Assembly (NCBI GenBank): GCA_963699755.1
Contig: CAVOVB010000001.1
Span: 992,001 to 1,056,000, forward strand
DNA: 64,000 nt
Direction: 5' to 3'
Source: an uncultured delta proteobacterium
GTDB lineage: Bacteria > Myxococcota_A > Polyangia > Polyangiales > Houyiibacteriaceae
The number at the start of each line of letters is the position of its first letter. The stretch's first letter is position 1. The notes below the pieces were generated by a model. The model saw only the letters and a list, made by a program, of their open reading frames with translations. It was not told the DNA's origin and did no database searches. Both the position numbers and the translations under genes were made by a program. Below, in pieces: positions 28,618-38,261 of this stretch.

Positions 28618-30125
28618 GCCGCTTCGAACGAAAGATCCTCTTTGCGATCGGCCTATCGGTGTTCTTAGCTCTCGGCGGCAGCATCTTCTTGGCTCAGGGA
28701 GCGCTCCGCGACGTGTACGCGGTTGGCGTCAACGAGCGCTTCGGCACTGAGCTCGTCCATGGTGTCGAGGCACGCCAGAGTCATCTGATGGCGCTTCGCA
28801 CGGGCTCTGACCAGGTCGCGGACGCCGTGGTGTGGGCAGTCGAAGCCGAGGTTGCGAAGAGGGGTGAAAAGTCAGCACTCGAAGCTGTCTTGCAGAACCT
28901 CCTCGAGCGCTACGAAGTCGTGCAAGGGATTCGTGTCGTCAATGCCGGGGACGAGGTGGTGGCGGAGGTCGCTCGTCCGCTCGATTCCTCTTCAGAGCCG
29001 CTCCGGAGCACCGTTCGGAAACGAGAAACACAACTGGGGGCCGGGAAGGTGCGGGTCGCGGTGGAGGTTGCCGTTCCCGAACGATACTTCGAGCGATTGC
29101 AAGAAGCGGGCGAGGTCGCCGACGTCTATTCGCGATTGCAGCGCCAAGGCGCATCGGTGTCGGACGTGTATGCCTGGGTCTTTGGCGTGCTCGCGTTTCT
29201 CGTGATCGTCGCTGCGTTCTTGATCGGTGCGATCGTGTCGCGGCGGGTGACGCGACGCGTGACCGACTTGGCCGAGGCCTCGCGCAAGGTCGGTGCTGGG
29301 GATCTCACGGTCTCGCTCCCCACAGGCGCCGAGGACGAGGTCGCCGAGCTAACCAAAGCTTTCAATCAGATGGTTCGCGACCTACGGGATTCGCGCACGC
29401 GCATCGAGTACTTGCAACGTATCGGCGCATGGCAGGACTTCGCGCGGCGTCTCGCCCACGAGATCAAGAACCCGCTCACGCCGATCCAACTCGCCGCTCA
29501 GGAAATGGATGAGACCTATACCGGCGAAGACAAAGCCTACCAAGAGAAGCTCGCGCACGCACGAGCGATCATCGAGGAAGAGGTTGCGACCCTCCGCCGT
29601 CTGGTCGGCGAGTTCAGCGCGTTTGCCAAGCTGCCGCAGGCCGATCTGTCGCCGTCGGATCTTTGTGAGCTCGTCCACAGCATCGAGAATTCGATCCCCG
29701 CGGTCCTCGAGGATCTAGGCGAAGGGGCCGCTCGGGCAGTGGAAGTTCGACTTAGTTGTGCAACGGAACCCATCGCCGTGCGTATGGACCCCATGATGCT
29801 CAAGCGCTGCGTCGACAACATCTTGCGAAATGCGATCCAGGCGGCGTCCCGCGAGCATCCACACGGAGGAGGCCTGGTCTTGCTCCGCGCATACCAGGGA
29901 GAGCGCAGAGCCTTCGTCGAAGTTCGCGACAACGGTCCCGGCATCGATGAGGAAAACTGGGAACGCGTTTTTGATCCCTATTACACGACCAAAGCGGAAG
30001 GCACCGGCCTCGGCTTGGCAATCGTGAAGAAGGTGGTCTTGGAGCACGGTGGCGAGGTTCGGCTGGATCGCGCGCCCGAAGGTGGAGCGCGATTCAGCAT
30101 CGAGCTACCCCTGATGGAGTCGTGA
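28614..30125 (+). CDS. HAMP-domain sensor histidine kinase (NtrY-like)
   Basis: Two TM helices, HAMP, AWQDFARRLAHEIKNPL H-box, N, DNGPGI, GTGLGL. Confidence 0.93.
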   Translation: MSRFERKILFAIGLSVFLALGGSIFLAQGALRDVYAVGVNERFGTELVHGVEARQSHLMALRTGSDQVADAVVWAVEAEVAKRGEKSALEAVLQNLLERYEVVQGIRVVNAGDEVVAEVARPLDSSSEPLRSTVRKRETQLGAGKVRVAVEVAVPERYFERLQEAGEVADVYSRLQRQGASVSDVYAWVFGVLAFLVIVAAFLIGAIVSRRVTRRVTDLAEASRKVGAGDLTVSLPTGAEDEVAELTKAFNQMVRDLRDSRTRIEYLQRIGAWQDFARRLAHEIKNPLTPIQLAAQEMDETYTGEDKAYQEKLAHARAIIEEEVATLRRLVGEFSAFAKLPQADLSPSDLCELVHSIENSIPAVLEDLGEGAARAVEVRLSCATEPIAVRMDPMMLKRCVDNILRNAIQAASREHPHGGGLVLLRAYQGERRAFVEVRDNGPGIDEENWERVFDPYYTTKAEGTGLGLAIVKKVVLEHGGEVRLDRAPEGGARFSIELPLMES

Positions 30126-30670
30126 TGAACCAGCAGGAAAAGCCCCCGCAGCGAAGGTGGATTCACTGGTTCGTGACCGCGATGGTCTTCGTCGGGGCCT
30201 ATGCCTGGATGACCCGCGGCAACGCGTCCCCTCTCATGGGCAAACAAGCGCCCGAGCTGAGCATGGCCGTCGCCGCCGGGGCGGAGCCGGACGGTCCAAA
30301 CAAGGTGACCCTCTCGGAGATGGCTGGTGCTGTCGTCGTTTTGGACTTCTGGGCGAGCTGGTGCAGTGCCTGCAAACGCACCACTCCGATTCTCAATGAG
30401 CTCCGCGAGGAGTTCGCGGGGCAGGGTGTCGCATTCTACGCCGTCAACGTCGAGCCCATCGATCGCCAGAGTCTACAGGCGGCTCATGCAGCGTTTGGCA
30501 CGAAGTTTCCGAGCCTGCACGACCGGACCGGCACGGTTCAAAGGCGATATGCCGTCAAGATGCTTCCAACCGTGATCGTGGTAGGCACCGACGGCCTTGT
30601 TCGCTGGGCTTCGACGGGGGTCCCGAGCAAAATGCGCCTTCGAGGGGCGATTTCCGAGGCCCTTGACTAG
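30122..30670 (+). CDS. TlpA-family thiol:disulfide oxidoreductase
   Basis: N-terminal TM anchor, DFWASWCSAC, cis-Pro LPT. Confidence 0.9.
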   Translation: MMNQQEKPPQRRWIHWFVTAMVFVGAYAWMTRGNASPLMGKQAPELSMAVAAGAEPDGPNKVTLSEMAGAVVVLDFWASWCSACKRTTPILNELREEFAGQGVAFYAVNVEPIDRQSLQAAHAAFGTKFPSLHDRTGTVQRRYAVKMLPTVIVVGTDGLVRWASTGVPSKMRLRGAISEALD

Positions 30671-30768
30671 CCGGCTTCGGTCACGGTTGACGTCCTGGGA
30701 TCCCGCTGATAGTTTCGCCGGCCGCGCGGGGCCCACAGTGTAGGTTCCCCGGGAGTGGAGGAAATTCC

Positions 30769-31524
30769 TTGGTTCAAGCGCTTCAGGGTCCAAGCTTAGA
30801 GGAGCGAGTCGCCCAGCTTCAAGAGCTGCTGGATAGCGCCGATCCAAAGGCGCGCGAAGAGTATCAAGAGCGCTTCGACATCGCCTGGATCTATCACGAC
30901 AGCGCGCTCGAAGGCGTCGTGTACTCGATGGACGAGCTCCGGGCTGCCATCTACGACCAGGTCGCCGCCGACCCCACCCTCATTCCGGTCTACGACGAGA
31001 TTCGCAACCACATGGGCGCGATCGAAATGATTCGCGAGATGTCGTCGCGCCGCCGCTTCACACCCAACCTCGAGGTCATCAAAAAGCTATACGCTCAACT
31101 TGCACCCGAGGAGCTCGAAGGGAAGGGGCCACCGAAGTACCGCAAGGACATGCCGCTTCACCGCCTGTACTTCCACGAAATCTCGCAGCCCGACAAGATC
31201 AGTTATCGCATGCGTCAGCTCGTCGAATGGCTTTCCGATCCAGAAACCAAGAAGACGATGCATCCGGTTCGCATGGCGAGCAAGGCGCACTACCAGTTGC
31301 TTCACATCTATCCCTTTCCGCGACACAGCGGCAAGGTTGCACGGCTGGTGATGAATCTCATTCTCATGCGCGCCGGTTTTCCGCCCGTCGTGATCCATGC
31401 AACCGAGAGGCAACGCTACTACGAAGCGCTTCGCAGCGGTGAAGACGCAACGGCGAATTTGGTGAACCAGGCGCTTGGCGCGGCGATCGAAACTGCGATT
31501 CAGCACTTCGAAGACTTGAAGTGA
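30769..31524 (+). CDS. Fic-family protein with non-canonical active-site motif
   Basis: IYHDSALEG inhibitory-helix-like motif, YR, IYPFPRHSGKVARL, YYEAL; GGAGG RBS before TTG. Confidence 0.82.
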   Translation: MVQALQGPSLEERVAQLQELLDSADPKAREEYQERFDIAWIYHDSALEGVVYSMDELRAAIYDQVAADPTLIPVYDEIRNHMGAIEMIREMSSRRRFTPNLEVIKKLYAQLAPEELEGKGPPKYRKDMPLHRLYFHEISQPDKISYRMRQLVEWLSDPETKKTMHPVRMASKAHYQLLHIYPFPRHSGKVARLVMNLILMRAGFPPVVIHATERQRYYEALRSGEDATANLVNQALGAAIETAIQHFEDLK

Positions 31525-31528
31525 CGCC

Positions 31529-32104
31529 CTAGAACGCGTCCCCGAGGAAGCGCGGAAGCGCCGAGATCGCTGCGAGATAATTGGCGCCGGCCTGAAGAGT
31601 TGCTTCCGCATTCTCAGGTGTAATTCCGCCGATGGCCACCAGTGGACGGGACAGGGCCTGTCGGACCTTCGCGAGCGTTGAAAGGCCGACCACGGGGTCG
31701 GGGTTGTCTTTGGTGTTGGTTTCGAAGACCGGGCCGAATGCGATCAGGTCTGCGCCCTCTGCTTCGGCGCGGAGGGCCTGTTCCAGGTTGTGCGTTGAAA
31801 TACCGATCTGGATGCCGCCAACGACCCGCCGTGCATCTGCGATGCAGAGATCATGTTGCCCGAGGTGCAGGCCATCCGCCTCGACGAGGTGCGCAATGTC
31901 TGCGCGATCGTTGACGACGAAGGGAACCCCCGCATGCTTGCACGCCGCGCGGACCCGCGTCGCGATCTTCAGGAACGCGAGGTCGTCGAGACGCTTCGCG
32001 CGAAGTTGGAGAATCGCGCATCCGGCATTCAGGGCCTTGAACGTCAACTCTAGGGGGCGTTCCGTGAGCTCTACGTCGACGATCGCGTAGAGAGAATCAA
32101 TCAA
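31529..32104 (-). CDS. thiE: Thiamine-phosphate synthase
   Basis: QLRAK, VNDR, HLGQ, STH, GPVFETNTK, AIGGI. Confidence 0.93.
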   Translation of the reverse strand: MIDSLYAIVDVELTERPLELTFKALNAGCAILQLRAKRLDDLAFLKIATRVRAACKHAGVPFVVNDRADIAHLVEADGLHLGQHDLCIADARRVVGGIQIGISTHNLEQALRAEAEGADLIAFGPVFETNTKDNPDPVVGLSTLAKVRQALSRPLVAIGGITPENAEATLQAGANYLAAISALPRFLGDAF

Positions 32105-32960
32105 CGGGCTCGTCTCCAGTCAGCTTGTCATAGAGCTCCGGCCGGCGATCGCGGAAGAAGCCCCAGTTGGCACGGTAGAGACGAAGCGCGTCGCGATCGA
32201 ACGAAGCACAAGCCACGCCTTCTTCCTCTCGCCCGAGCTCGGCGCGAAGATCACCGCGCTGATCGCAGACGAAGGAGCTGCCATAGAAGGATAGATTTCC
32301 TTCGGTGCCAACGCGGTTGGCCGCGGCCACGGGCATGGCGTTGGCCACCGCATGACCGATCATCACGCGTCGCCAGGGCGGCTGACTGTCCTCCTCCGGC
32401 GCCTCCGGCTCACTGCCGATTGCGGTTGGATAGAGCAAGGCCTCGGCTCCTTGGAGGGCCATGCTCCTAGCCGCTTCCGGAAACCACTGGTCCCAGCAGA
32501 TACCGACACCGATGCTGCCGTGGCGGGTTTTCCAGACCCGAAAACCCGTGTCACCGGGCCGAAAGTAGAACTTCTCCTGGTAGCCAGGGCCGTCTGGGAT
32601 GTGGCTCTTGCGGTACAAGCCGAGCCGCCTCCCGTCGGCGTCGATTGTCACTAGGCTGTTGTAGTAGGCTTGGCCCGCGCGTTCGAAGAAAGAGATCGGA
32701 AGAACCACCTCGAGCTCGGCAGCCAGGGCTTGCATGCGCGTCACGGTGGGATGTGAGTCGAGTGGCGCCGCCAAGTCGAACGCACGCTCGTCTTCGTTCT
32801 GCGGGAAGTAGGGACCTTCGAAGAGCTCCGGCGTGACGATGATCTGCGCGCCGCGCCCTGCGGCCTCGCGAACCAGAGCTTCGATTCGGGCGACGTTGGC
32901 TTCCAGCGAATCGCCAAGGGCGCACTGGACGATTCCGATGGAAAGTGAAGAGGCGGTCAT
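32097..32960 (-). CDS. aguB: N-carbamoylputrescine amidase
   Basis: Nitrilase triad PELF / YRKSHIPDGPGYQEKFYF / ICWDQWFPE; C-terminal RDRRP. Confidence 0.92.
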   Translation of the reverse strand: MTASSLSIGIVQCALGDSLEANVARIEALVREAAGRGAQIIVTPELFEGPYFPQNEDERAFDLAAPLDSHPTVTRMQALAAELEVVLPISFFERAGQAYYNSLVTIDADGRRLGLYRKSHIPDGPGYQEKFYFRPGDTGFRVWKTRHGSIGVGICWDQWFPEAARSMALQGAEALLYPTAIGSEPEAPEEDSQPPWRRVMIGHAVANAMPVAAANRVGTEGNLSFYGSSFVCDQRGDLRAELGREEEGVACASFDRDALRLYRANWGFFRDRRPELYDKLTGDEPVD

Positions 32961-33955
32961 GGGGCCCTGGGCTGAGCTTGTGTGACGCAGTGAAACGCTC
33001 CGCCTCCCCATAGCAGGTCTGCGGCCGGCAAGCCGATCACCTCTCGACCCCGAAAGGCGTTTCCGATCTCGGCGAGCACGGCTCGGTCTTCCGGGAGGCC
33101 GTAGGTTGGAACGATCACGGCAGCGTTGGCGATGTAGAAGTTGCAGTAGCTGGCTGGCAGCGGCTCCCCATTGGGCGCTTGCAGAGCAGACGGTGACGGG
33201 ATTTCGATCGCGTTCAGTCCGCTTGCGCGCAGCTCCCGCACGATCGAATCAAGCACGGCGGCGTTCGGTTTCCCTGGGGTCGACTTCATGCAAAGCACCG
33301 TATCGGCTGCCACGAAACGCGCGACCATGTCGACATGACCATCGGTGTGGTCATGCTCCAAGCCCGCATCGAGCCAAATCAAACGATCGATCGATACCAG
33401 ATCGCTGAGGGCCTTTTCGAAAGAAGCGCGCGTTAATCCCGGATTCCGATTGGGGTTCAGGGCGCACGAAGCGGTGGTTAGAAAGGTTCCCTGACCGTTC
33501 GTCTCGAGGGCGCCTCCCTCCAAGACGAGAGGACAGTCGAGGCGCATCGCCCCGAGTCGCTCGGTCAGCCAGTTGCTGACCCCCGAGTCGAACGGGATCG
33601 GGTACTTGCCACCCCAGCCGTTGAACTCGAAGCAGAGGCCGCCGAGGGAGCCGTCGCTCCTGTGCCCTAGGAGCGGCGCCGTGTCGCGCAGCCAGCAGTC
33701 GCCGTAGTCAGCCGTGACATAGCGAACATTGAGAACCTCACCGATCAACGAGCGCGCCCGCGCCTCGACTTGATCGTTCTTCACGAGAAGCCGCACGGGC
33801 TCGTTTCCCGCCTCGGCGATTGTTCGACAGAGTGCCGCAATTGACCGTTGTGCCTGGCCGAGGTTGAAGGGCCATTCCGCTTGAGAATACGGAAATCCGA
33901 GCCAACAAGCGCTGTGCGGCTCCCATTCAGCCGGAAGCCGAAGTCGTTCGTTCAC
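32957..33955 (-). CDS. aguA: Agmatine deiminase
   Basis: PAEWE, WLRD, LEGG, DHTDGHVD, ASYCNF, GGAFHCVTQ. Confidence 0.93.
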   Translation of the reverse strand: MNERLRLPAEWEPHSACWLGFPYSQAEWPFNLGQAQRSIAALCRTIAEAGNEPVRLLVKNDQVEARARSLIGEVLNVRYVTADYGDCWLRDTAPLLGHRSDGSLGGLCFEFNGWGGKYPIPFDSGVSNWLTERLGAMRLDCPLVLEGGALETNGQGTFLTTASCALNPNRNPGLTRASFEKALSDLVSIDRLIWLDAGLEHDHTDGHVDMVARFVAADTVLCMKSTPGKPNAAVLDSIVRELRASGLNAIEIPSPSALQAPNGEPLPASYCNFYIANAAVIVPTYGLPEDRAVLAEIGNAFRGREVIGLPAADLLWGGGAFHCVTQAQPRAP

Positions 33956-33964
33956 CGTCGAAAC

Positions 33965-34966
33965 CTACCACGCGAACACGCGGGCCTCACCGAACCGCGC
34001 GACCATGGCGTTGACGTGCTCGAGGACCGCACGACGCCGCTCTGCGAGTCCCTCGAGTTGCTTCTCGTTGAGCACTGGAGCAAGCGGATCTCCACGCAAA
34101 CGGGCAGAAAACGCCGCAATATCGAGCTTTCGCACCGCTTCGATCGTCGAGCGACGAAAGCGCTGAAGGGCCCTCAAGCGAGCCTCCATCAGGCCCAGGC
34201 GCTGCTCTCCGGGCCAGAAGCCGGCACCGTTGTCCAAGTAGATCAGCGGGCCGCCCTCTCCCCGCGATCGAAGGTTGGTGAAGTCGCCCCCCCAGCGGTC
34301 GACGTTTTGGGTGAGATAATCGAATACGATCAGGTCGGAGAGCTCCGCGGGCCGCTGCGCAATATCAGGGGTCTTTGCGATCGGTCGACTCGGATCGGTC
34401 GCTTCGCGAATTCCCGAGCGCCTGTTCAGATCGGCGCGATAATCTACAGGTCGTTGGTAGGGAGTGATCGGAAGCGAGCTCTGAACCCGTAGCCAGCGCT
34501 CCCAGTTGCGACCCACGCGAATGCGTTTGAGTGGCTCCGGGATCCACCAGATGAACGCGCCCTTTAGCGTGCCATCCGGCGCAATGCCGAGCTCGCTCAC
34601 CCGCGGATCACTTCCGGCGGCAGCTCGCAGCTCGCTCCACCGAAATCTGCGACCGCTTGTCGGAGGTACCCGGCCCAGCCCGAGCTCGCGATCGAGATAG
34701 TACGCGGCGACCTCTGAGTACCAGTGGGCCGCGGAGAAGGTCTGCTTGGGCTTGAAATAGCCCCGAGTCCCGTCCGCGAGCCTGATCTCGAAGGCCAGGC
34801 TGCGGCCCCCTTTGCCCTTGTTTACCCCCGCGATCTCCTCTGTCCTCAGCGCTGCAATTCGCTCGCTATCCGCCTCTCCGAGAAAGGCGTCTGCGCTGCT
34901 CTGCGCGGCGACCGTCCAGGGCATGAGGAGCGCCATCAGCAGGGCGATCGAGGCGACTCGCAGCAC
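33965..34966 (-). CDS. Exported atypical kinase, Fam20/Four-jointed-like
   Basis: Signal peptide; GKGGRS loop, YFKP, SEVAAYYLDRELGLGRVPP, FDYLTQNVDR, LIYLDNGAGF. Confidence 0.75.
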   Translation of the reverse strand: MLRVASIALLMALLMPWTVAAQSSADAFLGEADSERIAALRTEEIAGVNKGKGGRSLAFEIRLADGTRGYFKPKQTFSAAHWYSEVAAYYLDRELGLGRVPPTSGRRFRWSELRAAAGSDPRVSELGIAPDGTLKGAFIWWIPEPLKRIRVGRNWERWLRVQSSLPITPYQRPVDYRADLNRRSGIREATDPSRPIAKTPDIAQRPAELSDLIVFDYLTQNVDRWGGDFTNLRSRGEGGPLIYLDNGAGFWPGEQRLGLMEARLRALQRFRRSTIEAVRKLDIAAFSARLRGDPLAPVLNEKQLEGLAERRRAVLEHVNAMVARFGEARVFAW

Positions 34967-35167
34967 CGACGGGAGCGTACTGCCCGTTCAGCTCAAACCC
35001 ATAGTTTTGGGGTTCAACGAATCCCAGGCGGTGCCGCACATCCGTCCGACAAAGTATTACTTTTGCCCTAAGCGGGTGAAAAAGCGGAGTTTTGGGCCTC
35101 ACCAAAGCGCCGCGCTTAACCCCTCCGGCTGGCGAAACGCGAGGATCTGTCGCAATAATGATCCTGC

Positions 35168-36835
35168 ATGAGTCTCGGGGGGATGATCCATACGACGCGG
35201 CTACTCGTGGTGGCCTCTGCGATCGCGCTCTTGGCAGGCTGTGAAGGCTTGATCGGTGACGCCGAGGGCGGTCCAGCCAGGGCTGCGGAGGCGTTCCTCT
35301 GCCAGAATCCTAACGCAATCACAGTCGGGTCATCTCCGGTGAGACGCCTCACGAACACCGAGTACGAAAACACCATACGCGACCTCCTGGGTGGGAACGT
35401 TCCCCAGGTGCCAGAACAGCCGAGCGATGCAGTCTTGGAAGGCTCCTTCGAGAACGACGCACAGTCTCTCGGCCCATCCGATGTTCGTATTGCGCGCTAT
35501 GAAACCGCGGCGATGACCCTGGGCGAGCACGCGGTCAACGACTCCACCGCGCGCAATCGCGTGGTTCCTTGCGCAACGGCGGATGCCGATTGCGGCCGGC
35601 AGTTCGTCGAGAGCTTTGGCAAGCGAGCGTTTCGTCGCCCCCTTACCGAGGCCGAGCTCAGCCGCTGGGTCGACTTCTTCGAATCGCAGCGCGTCTCCAT
35701 CGACTTCGATGCCGCAGTCCAGTTGACCGTCGCCGCAATGCTGCAGACGCCACAGTTCCTCTACCGACTCGAGAGCGAAGGCGGCGCCGCAGACGTGAAT
35801 CATATCGAGCTGAGCCAGCACGAGCTTGCGAGCCGACTTTCGTACTTCCTCTGGGAAACGATGCCGGATGACGCGCTCCTTGCAGCGGCGGACGCCGGTG
35901 AGCTCGAGACCGACGCCCAGCTCGAAGAACAGGCTCGGCGGCTTCTTGCGGACAGGCGCGCGCGCGACGCAGTACGGAACTTCCATCGCCAGTGGCTGTA
36001 CCTCGATCGGGTGCTCGACGAGGACAAGGTAGCGGAGCTCTTTCCCATGTGGGGCCCGCAGGCACGCGCCTCTGCCAAAGAAGAAACCCTCCGTTTCATC
36101 GAGACCACCTTCTTCGAGGGGGGCACGGTCGAGGATCTGTTCACCAGCAATCTCGCCTATGTCGACGACGTGATGTCGGAGCTCTACGACATCCCCGCAC
36201 CCTCCGAGCCCTGGGCTCAGGTCGAGCTCGATCCGACCGAGCGCGCAGGCCTTCTGAGCCGCGTCGCATTCCTTGCCGGCTTTGCACACGAGGCGAACGG
36301 CTCTCCTCCGCTTCGCGGCGTCTTCGTGATGGAGCGTCTGCTTTGTGAGCCGCGTCCCTCGCCACCTGCGAACGCCGATACTTCCGTGCCGGAGCCCGAT
36401 CCCAACGCAGGGCCGGTGACCAACCGCGACCTGTTTGAGGAACGCGTGGCTCCGTCGGCCTGCCAGGGTTGTCACGTTCGAATCGACGGCTTTGGCTTCG
36501 GATTTGAGAACTACGACGCCGCTGGCATATTCCGTAGTGAGGAGAACGGGCTTCCGGTCGATGCATCCGGCTTCGCAAACGGCATCGGAAACGACGCCGC
36601 GTACGAAGGCGCCGTCGAGCTGCAAAACCTTCTCGGCCAGAGCGAAGTCGTTCGCGATTGCGTTGCGAAGCAGTGGTTCACCTATGCGAACGGCCGACCG
36701 ATGGAGCCCGCCGACACCTGCCAGGTCGAGGCGATTCAGGCCGAGCTCGAAGCAAACGGAGGCGACCTCGTCGAGCTACTGGTGAGTATTGTGACCCGCC
36801 CCGAGTTCCGGCTCCGCACCAGCGGAGAGAGCTAA
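35168..36835 (+). CDS. DUF1592/1588/1595/1587/1585 multidomain lipoprotein
   Basis: Lipobox LAGC; RRLTNTEYENTIRDLLG, RAFRRP, PQFLYR, ASRLSYFLW..PD, SPPLRG, CQGCH. Confidence 0.9.
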   Translation: MSLGGMIHTTRLLVVASAIALLAGCEGLIGDAEGGPARAAEAFLCQNPNAITVGSSPVRRLTNTEYENTIRDLLGGNVPQVPEQPSDAVLEGSFENDAQSLGPSDVRIARYETAAMTLGEHAVNDSTARNRVVPCATADADCGRQFVESFGKRAFRRPLTEAELSRWVDFFESQRVSIDFDAAVQLTVAAMLQTPQFLYRLESEGGAADVNHIELSQHELASRLSYFLWETMPDDALLAAADAGELETDAQLEEQARRLLADRRARDAVRNFHRQWLYLDRVLDEDKVAELFPMWGPQARASAKEETLRFIETTFFEGGTVEDLFTSNLAYVDDVMSELYDIPAPSEPWAQVELDPTERAGLLSRVAFLAGFAHEANGSPPLRGVFVMERLLCEPRPSPPANADTSVPEPDPNAGPVTNRDLFEERVAPSACQGCHVRIDGFGFGFENYDAAGIFRSEENGLPVDASGFANGIGNDAAYEGAVELQNLLGQSEVVRDCVAKQWFTYANGRPMEPADTCQVEAIQAELEANGGDLVELLVSIVTRPEFRLRTSGES

Positions 36836-36839
36836 CCCC

Positions 36840-38261
36840 ATGAGCCGAAGCCCATTCATCATCGATCGTCGCCGTTTCCTAGGCACGCTGGGTTTGACCG
36901 CAGGGTCGCTGATGTTGCCTTCATTCCCGGGGCGCAGAGCCCATGCGCAGTCCGCCCCGAAGCGTCTCGTGCTTTTCATCACACCGCATGGCACGGTGCC
37001 GGGGCGTTGGCACATGCGCCAACCGGGCCGCGACAACGAGGAGTACGACTATTCGCTCAGCGGCCTGAGCGAATCCCAATTCAGCCAAATTCTTCGTCCC
37101 CTCCACCGTCACCGAGACAAGCTTCTGATCGTCGACGGCTTGGCACGCATGGTGACCTATGCCGAGGAATACCGCGTGGCAGACCTCGGGTACGCTGGTG
37201 ACGTCAACCGTCACCACATCGGCCAGGCGCACCTGCTGACGAATACCTGGGCGTTCCAAGGTGCGGCTACAGCCCGTGGCGGCGCTCATTCCATCGACCA
37301 GGAAATCGGCAATGCGGTCGGTCAGCCGGGACGCTGGAATAGTCGCGTCTACGGGTTCAATCATCAGCACGCCTACAATTATGTGGGGGCCAACCAGCCG
37401 GCACCGCGGGAGCAGAACCCACAGGCCGCGTTCAACGACATTCTCGGCCTGGCGCCCGCGCCGAGCGAAGCCGGAGAGCCAAGCCGCGCCGACATGCTCG
37501 ATGCTGCGCGCGCCAGCGTTCTCGACATGGCAAGCGAGGAGTTTGCCACGGTGTTGCCGAAGCTCAGCGCCGCGGATCGAGAGAAGCTCGAGCGGCATCG
37601 CACGCTCGTCCGGGACCTCGAAGTCGGTGTGAACCTCAGCGCTCCGATGGGATGCGACCCATCTTTCTCAGCTCAGGGGCATGTCATCGATCAGTTCTCG
37701 CGACTCACGACCATGGCGCTCGCGTGCGACCTGACTCGCGTCGTGACCCTGGTGACGCAGGACATTCCAGGAAACGAATTCGGCGTATCGCCTGGGATCG
37801 ACATGCACCAGGATATCGCGCATTCGTCGGACGAGAACAGCGGCAGCTCGCAGGGTGTCGAGGGGATGACCGAGTACAACCGGGTGTATGCAGAGCACTT
37901 CGCTTACCTGCTAGACCAGCTCGATTCCGTCCAGGAAGCGGGCGGCACCTTGCTCGACAATAGCGCCGTGGTGTGGGTTTCGGAGCTTGGAACGGGCACA
38001 CACGAGATTAGTCGCGTGCCAAACGTGATCGCCGGTGGCGCCGGGGGGTACTTCAGGCCCGGGCGCTACGTGCACTACCCTCAAAGCGCGCTTACCGTCG
38101 GCTGGGGCCACCAAGCGCAGGTCGGGCCGGCCCATGAGCGGCTGAACGTCAGCTTGATGCATGCGATGGGGATGACCGATCGGAGCTACTTCGGCCTCGA
38201 GCAGGTGACCATCGGCGGGCAAACCATCTCGCTCCGCGACCCGGTGCCGCGCCTCACCTAG
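36840..38261 (+). CDS. DUF1552 family Tat-exported protein
   Basis: DRRRFL Tat motif, PKRL, SIDQ, ALACDLTRV, GTLLDNS; follows the DUF1592 gene. Confidence 0.9.
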   Translation: MSRSPFIIDRRRFLGTLGLTAGSLMLPSFPGRRAHAQSAPKRLVLFITPHGTVPGRWHMRQPGRDNEEYDYSLSGLSESQFSQILRPLHRHRDKLLIVDGLARMVTYAEEYRVADLGYAGDVNRHHIGQAHLLTNTWAFQGAATARGGAHSIDQEIGNAVGQPGRWNSRVYGFNHQHAYNYVGANQPAPREQNPQAAFNDILGLAPAPSEAGEPSRADMLDAARASVLDMASEEFATVLPKLSAADREKLERHRTLVRDLEVGVNLSAPMGCDPSFSAQGHVIDQFSRLTTMALACDLTRVVTLVTQDIPGNEFGVSPGIDMHQDIAHSSDENSGSSQGVEGMTEYNRVYAEHFAYLLDQLDSVQEAGGTLLDNSAVVWVSELGTGTHEISRVPNVIAGGAGGYFRPGRYVHYPQSALTVGWGHQAQVGPAHERLNVSLMHAMGMTDRSYFGLEQVTIGGQTISLRDPVPRLT

